Assembly (NCBI GenBank): GCA_976226885.1
Contig: OZ320314.1
Span: forward strand, 49,166,001 to 49,230,000
DNA length: 64,000 nucleotides
DNA from: Iphione sp. A-MEVVRFRX5
Taxonomy: Eukaryota
Direction of reading: 5' to 3'
The notes under the pieces were generated by a model that worked only from the letters and a program-made list of their open reading frames with translations, was not told the DNA's origin and searched no databases. A program made the position numbers and the translations under genes. Shown here piece by piece: positions 48,901-63,049 of the stretch; positions within the stretch are counted from its first letter, which is position 1; every line of letters starts with the position of its first letter.

Positions 48901-50020
48901 CACCCTCGATGTTGAACGTTAGAGTAGGCCGGCGTTCTGATATGTCTGCATGAAATGTCTTGTATATTTTACTGAGGTGACGTATTTGCTCGCCTCTGAA
49001 TCTATGATGTCCTGTTTGCTGGTTTCCAAACATATTTCATTTAAAAGAGAGGCAGAGAGAAAAACGTTAACTGTCGGTATCAGAAGTTGAATATTCAAAA
49101 TACCCGTTAAGAAAATTTCGTTACAGAATCTCGCATCAGAATACACCAGAATACAATATGAGCAGAGTGATATATGGTTCCTTTCTACGACTATATCAAG
49201 TTGATGGTGCAGCTCTTTCAGTACCAGCGACGTATGATATTTCTGTTGCATAGAAATAGTTTAATATGTCCTCTTGTTTTCATCTGCGGTAAGGCATGAC
49301 AAGAGGCAGGTGTGAAGTGCCAACTGTATTCCTCAAGATTCAACCACAGTATTAGGCCCCCCCTACCTCTGTCCGTCCCCCTCCTTTTATATCAACAGCC
49401 ATAGACCAGGTGGAGTATACCCTGGTGCCGTATACTCTGATGTACACCAACTGTACTGATCAATGCTTTTACATGTGACACTTTCCAACAGGCCAACTGA
49501 CACTCATAGCACTGTCGTTTGACACAATTTAAAATGTGTTCTACCTGATACTCTTGCTTGTGATGTTCATTCGAGACTTGTGATCGTTGTTACAAAGTGC
49601 TGGCCTTTCTCCTGTACATAGTTTATAATTGCATTTAATTGAGATGTTTACTCCAGCTGCATTACCTACAACCATTACTGATTTTGTCTGTTACCTTGAT
49701 TAAATACAGGACTGCAATTCCTTACACCAGTTAATTATCGAATCAAAAGATAGATCATTCTAATGTGACATTACTTTTCTAGAGACTATAAAAGCATTAA
49801 AGAACCACTTTGCTTGATGAATGTTCCCGTGTGAGCTGAAAGCTTGCATCAGTGTTCCCTTTTCCTCCCTTCATAAATTCCACGCCAGTTTTTATGATGG
49901 GTTTCTCAAATCTCAAGCCGACTTCCTCTGTATGCTATTTTATTCTCAAACTTGAATGAATCCATTATCCATTGGAGGATGTTCCCAGATGATCACCTCT
50001 TTTCAACAGAATTTTCAACA

Positions 50021-50400
50021 TGTAACACGATGCAAGATAACACAGGCTTTCAAGTTAGTTGATGTTTATTGCAACAGGGTAGACATGTACAGGTAGCAAG
50101 GTGGAGCTCTCCAAAAAGTCTGGAGGATTCAAGGACATTATATACCAATAGTTCATGACCCATATATTGGAGTTTGCAACCTCCCTGTCATAGTTTGTAA
50201 TCCTAGGTACATAGTTCACACCCTTTCATGATGTTAGGTCATAGGACACATAAACTCTGACCTGGGTGCATGTCGTAGGTCATGACCAGTCAATTTTTGA
50301 ATTAACCCTGCATCCCACCTTAGCACCCTTCATGATTTCTATGTGTGAGCTGTCAACACCTACCCTCGAAGTCCCTTGAAATCCCCATTCCAATGTAGCA
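50021..50400 (-). mobile_element. Solo-LTR-like element (380 bp)
   Basis: Minus-strand termini TGCTACA...TGTTACA form a short inverted repeat, with internal TATATAA and AATAAA about 45 nt before the 3' end. No TSD visible. Confidence 0.5.
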
Positions 50401-52339
50401 TTGTCATGTCCATGTGCCATTTTTACATGGTTTATGAGTGTCTGCTCTGCCAGAGATGGTTGGTGTCCAGACTATCAACGGTGCCACTTAGTAACATGGC
50501 ATAGCTATTGTATCCATCTAGACAATGCTTATAGATTTATATCTATAGATTGTACAAGAAATTCTCTTTCTCAACACTTTCGTCAAACAACAATGTACAA
50601 TAAACCTCCGAACCATGTCTGAACATTTATTTATCCATATGTCCAAACATCCAAATGACCTAACATCCGCATCATCCTTCACAATATCCTTTAACACACT
50701 GTGTTACAAACATTTGACTATCACCAGTTCTCATAGCACAGATTCCATAGTTACTCTGATTGAACATAGTTTTGGTACACATATCCACAGTTTATAGAAT
50801 ATAATTTACAGCATAACATACAATTTTACCGCAAATCTCCAGTAGATGTCCTGAGGATCCTATGTTTGCAAGCTTCAGTCATTTCATATGGACAACTGGA
50901 GGTCAGGTGACATGGCCACATCAAGATGGCCACATAATTTTGAGTTTTTCCAACATAGTAGAGTAGACACTGTCTGGCTTTTTTCTCAGTATGAAAAAAC
51001 AATTAGACCTGTTTGGCGTGTATGAGTTAAAGTCTGTGCCTTTTAAGCTTAAAAGTTACGGAAAGCATGCATCGTTTTCACTATTTCATATGCTACAGCC
51101 CCCCCCAAGCTCCAACAATCAATTTTGAAGTAAGAATTAAGCAAGTCTCAATTCAAATGGTGAAGTGTGATTTGAAATCCATTACACAAGGCTCAATTTC
51201 ACTGATGTGACATTCTAAATGGCAAGCTTTTGTTGAAATTAATTTACCAAAGAATAAAAAAATTAGAACATCAATTTACTATAATGGTATATCTAGTTGG
51301 AGCAGCCTTGGTGTACTTTACAAAAGTATACAATATACAACACTGAGTTTAAGAGTGCAGCATTAATGTCATCAATGCTAAAGAACGACTTAAATTTGCT
51401 GGATTATAGCCACCGTAGGCCTTGTTGATAACCTGACCTGTGTTGTTGTGCTGCTTAGCAGTACCAGTATTGACAGCAATTGTTAACTTACATGCTTGTA
51501 GTCTTTCAGTGTCTTAGGACTTCATCTGTAATATCTTCATCGAGATTAAAACTGAATTACGTTAACCTGAGCGAATTGTTTATTGCTGCTAACCTTTCGC
51601 ACGTATGGGTCCAACCAGTTTGTAGTTTGACATCAATTTTGATTACGATCCAAGAATAACCAAAGGATGAAAGGGTACTTCGCATTGTATCATAGCAGTA
51701 GTTATGCTAGCTAGATATTAGTAAACGTGAAGTAAATAAATCTCACTCTCGAGTAACATCAAGTAAAGGTCTCATTGATTTAAAATTCAGAACTTTCAAG
51801 TATGATCCATCTCATTTATTCCATTAGTTAAGAATCATAATACAAAACAGACCACAGGCCAATCCACCTACATAGTGACATGTTTAGCTTGATTTCGAAT
51901 AAATTGGCCTGGAAGTACACAGTCTGACCTACGTGTTTACATACTCTATAGAAATGCGTTGACTGATCAATGTTTGTATTAAAGAGCAGATTAGAGAAGG
52001 CCAGTCTGTAGACAGGAATATGTAGGCATCCTGGTAGATGGTAAAAACAACCAATCAGAGGTCTTAGTTGAACAGTGGGTGGTTAACTAAGGGTAATGCC
52101 ATCTGCTGAAACTATGTAATTTAATGTGTTTTTCCAAATAATATCTAAACTGTTATCAATACTTAATACTCAATGGTACTATGCGGTAATATATGTTGAT
52201 TACTTAACCAGGGGTTATCCTAATTATGTCTATTATTCCAACTGATGAGGTGATTGCCCTCGACTGTAAATAGCATCATCATCTTATCATTTTCATTTAA
52301 ACATATTATGATTTCAAAACGTTGTTAACGTGTACCAAT

Positions 52340-52650
52340 ACCAAGACCTTTTTACAACTTCAGTAAGATTGTTTTGGGGTAAATAAAGAATACAGGAAAA
52401 TATTATTGACACTTTGTCCATGCAACATCCAGGGTATTATACATTTGCAAGTGCAAGAAATGAGAGGTTTGAACATGGTAGAAGAAGGAACGCCGAAGTG
52501 GTTAAGACTGGGAAAACTGGGAGTGGTGGTAGCGGGCAAAGATGCCAAATATGGACACTCTATCGAGGCCCTGTCTGCTGATACAACGCAACTTACCTGC
52601 CTGGATTGGTCTTTGGGTTGGCCAGTAAGAGATACGGAGAGTGGTTAGTA
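52340..52650 (+). mobile_element. Possible decayed LINE apurinic-type endonuclease fragment
   Basis: HPGYYTFASARNE..GKTGSGG resembles the PGY..F...R....GSGG.G segment of LINE EN domains. Confidence 0.2.
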
Positions 52651-53494
52651 TCTCACAGAATAGTTGTGTGAAGGATCAGTTAAATAGATGAGTAAAATTG
52701 GGTTGGTAGAGACCTCAATGGAGGGGATATAATATACTGCTGGTTTATATTGATAAGAAAACATAACACTATAAAAGAATACTTTTGGTGTCATGATTTT
52801 AATATATCAATACTAAAGTATTAATATGTTTATTCAGCTGGTGGTAATTGTAATAGCTGCATAAATTTATACTCTTACATATCAAAACCATTTTTGTTTT
52901 CCTGGAAACACCATTAAGGTATTTAAAAACTCTTACAGGCTTATAAACAAGCTAATCGATTTATGTTTTTAACACATGTTTCATTAGTGAATGTTTGAGC
53001 TTCAACATAAATGTTTAACTGGAGTTCTGAGATTGGTACTGTACTTAATACGTAGGTCATTCGATGTATCCAAAATATTGTTTGTCCTCAAGGTAGGTTA
53101 TATTCAATAAACAAAACAAAGCAATAGTAAGATGTTTGCGATGAAAGAGACAGTCACTGTATTAAAAAATGAGAGAGTATAGGCTCGACTTGTCTTAGTT
53201 GTGTTTATTTGAACAAAACCTAAAAACCAAATAATCATTGTATAGTCATAAACATTCAAAACGTTAAAACATGAAGGAGTATATTCAACTCTATAATCAT
53301 TTTAATGCCACTGTATTCTTCCATGGACATCAGCTCTCAGCATGAAAGCCCTGGCATCACTGGATGATAGGACGTTTCCTCTCTGTCATTTTTAGGAGAG
53401 TAGATGAGCGCTTAGTATGGAATTATCTGATGTAAACATGCACACTACTGTTGATTTTGCAGCTATAAAATACATGTTCGTTAGTGTGAAAGCC

Positions 53495-53730
53495 ACCCTG
53501 AACATACTGTAGGAGTCTTTGTGGTAAGGCTAAGTAAGTCTGTATCTGATGTACTGTAGGAGTGTTCATGGTACCACCAGCGTAAGGCTAAGTAAGTTTG
53601 TATCTATACTGGTTCATAGCACCACCGGCATACGGCTAAGTAAGCCTGTATCTGATGTACTCTATAACAGTTTGTGGTACCACCTACATAAGGCTAAGTA
53701 AGTCTGTAGCTGATGTACTATGACAGTTCG
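53495..53730. repeat. ~48-58 bp minisatellite, four units
   Basis: Core AAGGCTAAGTAAGTCTGTATCTGATGTACT at about 53526, 53584, 53632 and 53690. Confidence 0.9.
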
Positions 53731-53920
53731 TGCCACAACGAGGGTTGGGGGGTGTACTGAATGACCCCAGGGAGCCCGCTCGTGGCACCAAAAGTGATTT
53801 ATAGGCTAAAATTGCACTCAATGTCCCTGGTAAGCTAGAAGGTGACCTAAGACCCTGGAGATCCAGGCCCTTACTACTTTGTAGCTAAACAGCTGTGAGC
53901 TGATTGGTGGAGAGTAACCA

Positions 53921-54240
53921 TTTTATTCCATCATGTGATACATTGTTGCTATGACAAGTGAATAGCTAGTCTTGGCCAATAAACCAGTCTGCATTTGGAT
54001 ACCATTGTGGAACTTATCTCTTCAGGGGAGTTGTTAGGAACACATACCCACTTGGAATACCTTAAGGGGAGACTTAACAGATGGCCACTCATTAGGGATA
54101 CAAGGAATAACTGAGCCAGGATTTAATCACACATAGTTGGAGTTACTGAGTGGAAGTAATAACACACAGGCTACATTGGATTAGTCAAAGTAGGACTAGA
54201 CATATCATAGTTGGAGTTACCACTTATTACAATACATTTG
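53921..54240 (+). repeat. Dispersed LTR-like repeat, copy 2 (homologous to 27196-27480)
   Basis: Same conserved blocks as copy 1. Possible LTR end TTAACA at about 54079. Confidence 0.7.
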
Positions 54241-55165
54241 CCTTCTCAGATCCTGATTTATTATGAACAGAGTGACTTTTTGTCTACACCACTGGACGGT
54301 GTTGGGTCTTTTGAGTGTGGCAAGTGCATTGCAATAACTCAGTGTAGCCCGGTGTATGTGTTCATGGTGTATTCCATGCCAATGTCTAAAGGGAACAGGA
54401 AATAGGTCATCTCTGGTACTGCGGCTGGTTTAGTGTTTCGTTGTAGTGGTGTCAGGATAGTGGATAATAGATATCTCTTCCTGCGAATTGGTCATATACA
54501 GTTGAGACCCACTTAGGGGACCAAGTTTAGGACTGACCAATATTGGTTTCTCCAACAGTTTGGTCGAATACATAACCAATAAAGAGGATTTTCCTCCACT
54601 GGTATTATGAAATTCTGGTCTGTGCCCCTGTTTGCTCACCCCTGTGATCTGGTCTTTACCTGAATCACCACTGTCGGTACCAAATCCTCCCACTTCCATG
54701 TGATGTTAGGTATGTAATGGGAAGATTGGTGTACCTGTAGCATCTCTTATACTTATGTCATGTTTTTCTCGAAAGTCATAAGGATGCGTGGTGCAAGTGT
54801 TATTGTTGCATTGATTTTGATTAGATGTTACCACATACAATCTTTCTTGCTGCGAAAAGATCCTTTTCATATTTGGCTACAGGTAGTGTGCTAAAGGTTA
54901 ATGTGAATGGAACCTGCAACTTTCTTTCAGTGGACTAACCTGTACTCTTTTTTAGGGTAGTTTGCTTCGTGGCAAGATTTGTTTGCAGGAAGTATTTTTT
55001 CAGAAGGTTTTTCATACGGTAGGATGAATTTTCAATCAGTCTTCTTTTACAATAGCCTGGTTACTCGTTCTAGGTCTTGTTCATACAATTTTAAGATTAT
55101 TTAAAAAATTCTCAGATTGTGACTGTTTAGGTAAATCACGAACTTCATGCTATCTTAGAGGTTGG

Positions 55166-56110
55166 TTAACCCTTTAATGGCAGGTGATGCCCTGAGGCAC
55201 TCCCAGGCAAATGACAGGTATTGCCTATATGCATTCCCGTGGAAATGGCAGGTGATGCCTTGAGGCAGACAATATTCAAAAATATTTCGCGTTAACTTTT
55301 CACATAGAAATAATAGATGGATTTTAATAACTTTTAGAGACAATATAGATCTGTTATTGTTCTACAACTTTCAATTAATAAAAGTTACGAAAACATAAGC
55401 TCACAGATGACAGTGACATAAAATCAAACAGTGGAAGCATTCACGCATGGTTACCTGCCCTACCCGCCCGCAGGAGCTGACAACACTGTGGATATGGATT
55501 CGAGGAGTGATTTTTCACCCATAGACAGTGAATGGGAAGAAGAACTTGATCTGAAGACTTTTCAATTATTGAATGTGAATGGAGATGGTGGATCTGAGGG
55601 TGCTACATCAGAGAAAAGTGACAAGAACACCAATAGCAGTGATTTTGATTCAGATGAACCCTTGCTGGATATGGCAAGTAGAATTGACGAGAAAAATGAT
55701 GGGTGGATACCAGTACCCAGAGGAAGAGAGAAAAAAACTCCACTGAAAGCATTTGATGATACTTCAATAGGCATTTCAAGTGACATCAACACAGAGAAAA
55801 CAAAGACTCCTTTTTGATTTTTTTTCTCTTTTTCTCTCTGTCGATTTCCTCATGAAAATTCTGGGTGACATAAACTCACGGGCCATTCACGAGAAGGAGA
55901 AATGCCTCAGAGCACACAGAGCAACATGCAAAACAATTCTCTCTTGATGATCTGTTCAACTTTATTGGACTGTACTTCCTGATGGGAATTATCTCCATAC
56001 TGAAATTACATGATTATTGGAGCACACTGGAATATATTGCAATGCCCATATTTGCCAAGTACCTGACCCATGACAGCTTCACCATGCTGATGAGGTATGT
56101 AGATTTGCAG
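55166..56110 (+). mobile_element. piggyBac transposon, 5' part (3'-truncated)
   Basis: TTAA|CCCTTTAATGGCAGG left end at 55166, duplicated subterminal AATGGCAGGTGATGCC.TGAGGCA, then an acidic N-terminus and TPF*FFSLFL, FIGLYFLMGI..DYWST..PIFAKYLTHDSFTML (PGBD N-terminal half). Confidence 0.85.
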
Positions 56111-57199
56111 GTTTGCAGATTCTGTTTTCATGGTATCTATGCTTTCCTGGACGTGGTTTATGATTGGAGGTTATCAGACATATACATCTTGCGAGCCTCC
56201 ATCGGTAAGTCTTTTGAGTAGTTCTTTCAAAACTTTCGATATTGAATATCGCTTTCACATGTTCTCTTGCTTACTGGTGTAGTTCATGTAGACCATATTA
56301 TCTCTAGACACCTGAGATACTGTGATTTTTAGGATCCTAGTTCAGAAGAGGCTGATATGGTCCGGAGACTATGAACAGGTCCTGAGCTGCATAATACTAG
56401 TAGGCTCTGCAAACAAAGTCTAGTTTGGGATTTTGAAACCGCGTTATCGAAAGCTTATTATGAAAGGTTTATGTCGAACTTGCGGGGGCGGGGCGGGGGG
56501 CGTGTTGACAGATTTGAGCTAGAACTAAGAAGTAAGCAAAATATGACAGTTCGTGATGGTTCTTGATGACCTTTGATTTAATGCACTGCCTAAAATAAGA
56601 ATTGTAACATCATCAGATGTCGAGAAGTGGATACCTTCAGAGGTGATCTCTGACTGTCAATTAAATTTTGTCTGGAATGCCACATATCTGAAGGTGACCA
56701 GCGGGGTAGCATTCACGAACTAACTGTTTTGAATACAGATCAATTCCTTACCGGGTACTCCACCGTTTCCTAACGCAAATTTTACGCGGTCATAACAAAT
56801 GGCCATTAAATTTGCTATCGCAAGACGATTTGTATAATGCAAACGTGCGAGTGCTCACTGATACAGGGAATTGAATGAAGTCCCAGCCATGTATTACTGA
56901 ATTGCATGCAAATACCATGATATAAATTGCTGTCATATGAATGAGATCATATCTCATATTACATTTTCCAACATCGCTCATTTCGTCGCTGCTCCCTTAG
57001 CAAAGAAGGTCACCTGGTGTTCAGCGTTTCCTTCTTTGGCTCCATCTGTTGTGATACAGCGAAATCAGACGGTATTATGAGCAACCATACGAATAAAATA
57101 TTTATTCAAGGCAAGTAGACAACGTGGGCTGTGTTACCGATTTAGGCATTCATTAAGATTAAAGCAAATCATCAAGAATCCCACTCATCAAAATCTAAC

Positions 57200-59005
57200 A
57201 TGCATAAATCATATTTATGGCAGTACAGAAGACTATAGGAAATCAAGAATTAGTATATCAGGAAATAGTGATCATAATTTACGATTTGTCGATTATGAAT
57301 AGAAAAAGTGAACTGGTAAGGTTATTGATTTTTTGTAGAGACACGAAAAATGATTCATTTGAAAAATGTAAAACATTACTGAAAAGTGTGATTGGAGTGT
57401 AAGGGATGACATAGATGAAATGTGGTATGTATGGATGGAGAATATTAGGAATATGCTAGAGGAATTAGCTCAAATTAAATTTTAAAAAACGTGTACTGAC
57501 TGTAAAAATACCCTGGTTAACCCCAACGTTACGAAAGTTAAGAAAAGAGAGAGACTACTTCAAAAAACTATGGGTATTAACTGGAAATTTGGATTATAGA
57601 AGAATATCAAACTATTATAGAAATTTGGCTAACAATGAGAAAAGGGCACGAAAAAGTTTTTTTTAAGTCAGAGCTTGAACAGCGTGTAAACAATTTATTT
57701 AAAATGTGGCGATTGTTGAATGAGCGGATATTTTGAAAAAGGAAAGAATGTAAAGTAATAAGGTTAAAAATAGGTAGTGAAATCGTGTAAAATGATGGTG
57801 TGCCTGGTGCAATAAATAAATATTTTGTAGAAGTGCGGTGAAGCAACAAACAAAGCCATTACAGCAAAGATATGACTGGTGTGATGTGAGTATGAATGAT
57901 TTTGAACTAGTTAATTATGCGAAAGTAGTAAAACTAATAAATAGTTTAAAGTTAAACAAACCATCGGGGGTGGAGGGGCTATCTATGAAATACTCGAAGG
58001 ATGCTTTAAAAATTAACACTGTATTATTTTACAGATTTGATCAACTGCTCCCTTAGGGACAGGGTCGTGCCAAGGGAGTGGAAGAAAGCAATAGTTGTCC
58101 CTAAAATTAAAAAGCCTATGCTGATGATATTACTGTGATAGTATGGGGGTCGATCGCCTTGGGCCTAAGGATGAAGATGCAACATACATTAAATATGGGA
58201 CCTGGTGTCATGATAATGGTCTAATTATAAATAAAGACGAATCTAAATTAATGAGTTTTGGGAAAGCAAGACAATTTAATTTAGACATAAAGTTACAGGG
58301 GATATCATTATGGCATGTTCAGGTTTTGAAATTTTTTGGTACTCCACTTGGACAAGTATGATAGACCATACAATTTCCAAAATCTGATCTGTAAGTTACA
58401 TGTTCAACAAGGGAAGAAATCTATTGGATAAAAATATGTTGAAAAAGCTATTCGTGGTGTTTATTACACAACATATTGATTATAGATTGCCTTTCATAAG
58501 TGTAGCGAGAAGGCAAGATTTACACAGATTGGAAAGTGCTTGGTATAAGTCAATACACCTGGTGAAGTTAGATAGATGGTCTAGTACAGATGTAATTAAA
58601 CGATGACTAGCAGATGAAAACATTAGAAATATTGAAGATGGAATAAGTTACTCTATGTTGTTGTTGATTACTGACATGTATTTTCTATCATTTTATGGAG
58701 TTAGATAAAAAAGTACGTACGAGACATGGAGGAGGAGTGACGCTGCATTTAGTCAAGCCAAGGCTGAACATCATTGTTAAAAGCTTATTGGATCGAGGAA
58801 TGAGAAACTGGAATGAGCTGCCAACTGAAATGTCAAGACAACCTCGTCTATTAATAAAAAATATATAGGCAAAATAAATGGTAATGTTGAGATCAGCCAT
58901 TAATAAAAAAACGAGAAATAAATGACTGAGTGCTTGGCTGTAACACACCTTTCAGAGGTGGTACTATTCACTCAATAAACACGTTTGAATTGAAGTGAAT
59001 TGAAA
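57200..59005 (+). mobile_element. L2/CR1-clade LINE, 5'-truncated and internally deleted
   Basis: SDHNL, DWS..DEMW, IPWLTP..RKERDYFKK, KLINSLKLNKPSGVEG, VPREWKKAIVVP, YADD (58117), WCHDNGLIIN, TQHIDY, RGMRNWNELP, then AATAAA and a (TTGAA)n-like tail at about 58975-59005. Confidence 0.88.
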
Positions 59006-59133
59006 TGCCTGTCAGTGCGTTTTACAACGATTACTGTGTATACGTACTTGCTAATTACGTACGCGAGTTCTCTTCCAGATTGTGAAGCAGTGCAATGGGA
59101 TACTAATGAACTCGAGCAGGCATGTTCTTAATG

Positions 59134-59326
59134 TGTAACACACCGAGCGCCCAGGTCAGATGAGGCAGCAGAGCCTGCAGACGTGTATAGTTATCCAAAA
59201 CTGCCTCATACTTGTAGAGCGGTGGGCATGGTGGTCTTAATCATATACTCTTATATACGAATAAAAGTGCATTCTTGCCCTGCGCTGTAATCATACTTGT
59301 CAGCACTAAGTGAGTTTTTTCTTACA
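59134..59326 (+). mobile_element. Short solo-LTR-like element (193 bp)
   Basis: TGTAACA...CTTACA termini with internal TATATA and AATAAA. No TSD visible. Confidence 0.4.
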
Positions 59327-62300
59327 TTGCTTCAGTCACATTAAGAAGAAATCTCTATTTTTTACCCTGTCAGAAATGACGTTCTTTCTGTAAAGAATAT
59401 CTCGAAAGGTGCCCGAGCTGTATCCTTAAATGGATGTAATTACCCGCTGAGCTCTAAAATAAAACTTGCTGGCAGAAGCCTTCCATTATATCAAGCAAAA
59501 TATGTCACTCTAAAAAGGTAGATAGTAATGGTAAAACTAACCATCGCAGACATCGAATCAATACCCCTTTCGGGTACTCGTTTGTAACATAGACAGTCCC
59601 GAATCACATCTGATAACTAATCGCTCAATTTAACAGGCTGCTATTTATGAACAGCCTCAGCATCTAATAACTTCATCATTATCTTTAAGGATCATGATCC
59701 ACAGCTACAAGACCACGCACCTGCGCTGGAAAGGAATAGGATGCTGTACAAAGGCATGGAGCAGACCCTGCTTCTGCCCGCCACGATGGACAAAAAGAAA
59801 CGGAAGAGGCGACAGAGCGGGACGCCATACAGAAGACAATCTGTGCTGAAATTGAGGGGAAATTGACAGAGCAAATCAAGCAACTCAAAGATGAGTGCAG
59901 CTTGCCAGGTATTGATGAAAATAGCAGAAAGTAAAGCAGAATAGGAAACAAATAAATGCTTTCAACATGAGGCATTGATAACAAAAAATACCAGAAGAAG
60001 TGCTAAAGGTAAACAAGATTGTCTCCTTTTCCCAAGACTCGATCTACGTCTACAGGACGTGAGGTGACACAACATGAATTCAAAACTGTGGAACTGTCAG
60101 GACAAAATGTTATAACAGTCCAGGCTATCCACACCTCTGGTGATAGAGGGTGTTTTGAGAAGTTTTTTCAGCTGAGTAATCGACTCTCATCAGGTCTTAG
60201 CAAAGGGTATTGGATGCCTGCATCAGGAAAATACTCTGGCCGAAATGCAATGACCCCTGAAGTCTGTAGTTCACAAGAGAAGATTTGGCTACAATCCCAA
60301 ATCTGGGTGGGCCTTGATTCTCTATGAACCTTTTTAGCCCAAGATTCTTAGAGTCAAAAGAGATACTTTCCTGTTTTGACCAGTATACATATCAACATTG
60401 AATATTTTCATCACTAAAGTCTCGGGTAGAAAGGCTTTTCATATTCTGCCGAGGAAAGCATTCATTTTTATATTCAGCCTTAGCTAGATTTTTTTAATCT
60501 TTTATTTTCCTAATGCATTGTTCACTTGTGTGCTTTTGTCTGTTTTTGAAGAATATTCCATGATACCAGGTCTTTTTCTATGTTTTATGGCAGTTAGTAT
60601 AATTCCCATAAGAAATGAAAGAATAAAACGAAGATTATTTCTACACGAGGAAAACACTGACTCTGTCCGTATATTGAGTAGGAATATTTGAATAACTTTT
60701 AAGTAAAAAAATTGAAAGCAAGTTCTGAACATCTCTTTAAAGTGTCGAAAGTACTAATAATCAAGTAATATGATCCTTTTTAACATAAATAAGGTTCTAA
60801 AACCGTAGTAAATGTAGCGCCATGCTCCCTCTGGCATTAGGTACTCGGGCAAAATTCGATCTAGCATTCCTTGATCTGGTAAGTGGTGGTCCTCTGGTAC
60901 TCAAGCATCCGGCCCCCTCTAGGGGTTCCTGGATGAATTTTGAGCGATATTTGTTGGATTGGGAAATCTGTTGTCTCTGTTATGAAAGCTGATAGGCCAC
61001 CATATGTGAATGTATTTAGAGGAGGAATTTTCATTGAATAGACACTCAGGATAGTGTACACTTAGACAGAAGCAGATATTTTCAAGCGGGTTTATTCATT
61101 GCATTACAAGACGAACCATTGCCTCTCTGTACATTTCGATTCATATGTCCTGTGCACTGTTAGGAAATATCCTCAAAGTATTAGAGGAGAACCTCTGCAT
61201 CAGTAGATCCCAGCTCCTTAGTTCAACCTACTTCGTATCTCTATTGAACGAAAGTCAACTATACAGACCGACACATCAGAATTGGCTAAGTGTTTTCTAC
61301 ACTTTCTAGGTAGAGATAAACCATACAGGTTGATCTCTCTGAATGAAAGAGATTCCTATTAATAAGTAAAGGTGGTGGCATTACTAGGCCAGTAAAATGT
61401 TGAAAAAAGATGGTCGGCAGGTATATGTTTTTTTTATTTTTCTATTTTATTGCTAATGTAGGCTGAAACAACAAATGTGTGTTTTCAATCTTTAAACTAC
61501 CGCATCTACTGCTTAGATCTTAAAGAACTATCACTTCTAATGCTTCGATTTTAATGAAATATATCATTGGATGAAAATAGTGTATTGTTTGAGTCTGTAG
61601 CTTTTTTCATCTTAAGATACTGTCAAAACAAATATGAAACAAAATTACAATAATTTAGGATCGGTCGAGTTATCGGAGCACAGATATTTCTTAAATATCC
61701 ATTAGGTATAGATTTAACGGCAACGTTGTTAGGTTCTATGCTAAGATTTCAAGTCCATCGCAGAGCAAACTCCTATGAGTACAGAGAGTACAGAGGCTTT
61801 CCATAAACATTTACGTTGAACTAGCCACAAGGATGAAGATCACTGTTCTCACCGCAAGGAGATAACTTCGGACAGTCTGTGAAATCTGTTTCGGGCGTTT
61901 TATGTATAGCATACGACACAAGTATGGAACCATACTACAATCGAGACCTTCATATTAAAGAATACTGGTCAGTGGAGATCATAAAACGCCGGTTGTACTA
62001 TCTCATTTTTATTGTTAACCCTTTGTACTCACAGTGTGAGAAAAAGGCGCTAAACAACGGTTCTTCTCTTCGCCTGTGGCACTCCGGTTGTTCTAAGTGA
62101 CAGCGCAATGCCGTCCTGGCTACTTGCCACGATTACCTACGCTTTACCGCAGTAATTGATGTTTCCTTCGGTACAATGAAGACTTTCCTACTGTGTGACA
62201 AAACACCAACGACAAGGTGATAGCTCAAAGAGCAAGCCCTCTCCTCTGACCTTGAAACAACAATTGCTGGAAGGCCGCCAGTCGTCCCCAAGCTCTTGTG

Positions 62301-63049
62301 AGAAAAGGTTAAACTACGTCGTTTAAACACATTTCATCCCTCATTTAACATAATTTAATACCGAATATCGAATGTACATTTTTGTGGAGAAACGCTTACG
62401 GTAAAAAGAGAATCTTTCTTATGAATAACTGTTGAAAGGGGCGAGGAAAATGGCGTCGAGTGGGTCTTGTTGTGGGGCGCGGCGGTAAAATCCGAAGAGT
62501 GAATGAAAACAAATCACATCAAGCAACCATGGCAACGAGCAGCTGCCTTCACATCAACACCGCCTATAATATCCTGATATTGTCCACGAATGTGACCGGA
62601 TTTGTTGCAGGAAGGAAGCTTTAACATAAATCTTCCCCGGCGAACGGCGTAGTTTTGGTAGCTCAGACATGCACAGGTGGACAGGTGGAAATAGAATTAA
62701 AGGAAAATCAGAAAGTGAAATAAATATTTCAGAGCAGACAGCGTACATCTTGACCAATATGTAAGATGGATAACCTATAAGGAATGTTATGGAGAAAAGA
62801 GCCTTAGGCTGAATTTTTATATGCGTGTGTTACCTTGGTGCATGTAGGCATGTTTGTACCATGATTTTTGGGAACAATGTTATCAGCAGAAGTGCATACG
62901 CCATGTCGCATGTAATGTGTCCATGTGTCATGTGTTTTCAAAAAAGGAAATATTCCATTTTTCACGGTGGTCTTGTTTACTGTGTTTCATATATTAAAAA
63001 ATGTATTTCTGCACACTACCGCACATATACTCATGTATTTTGCTGTTTT

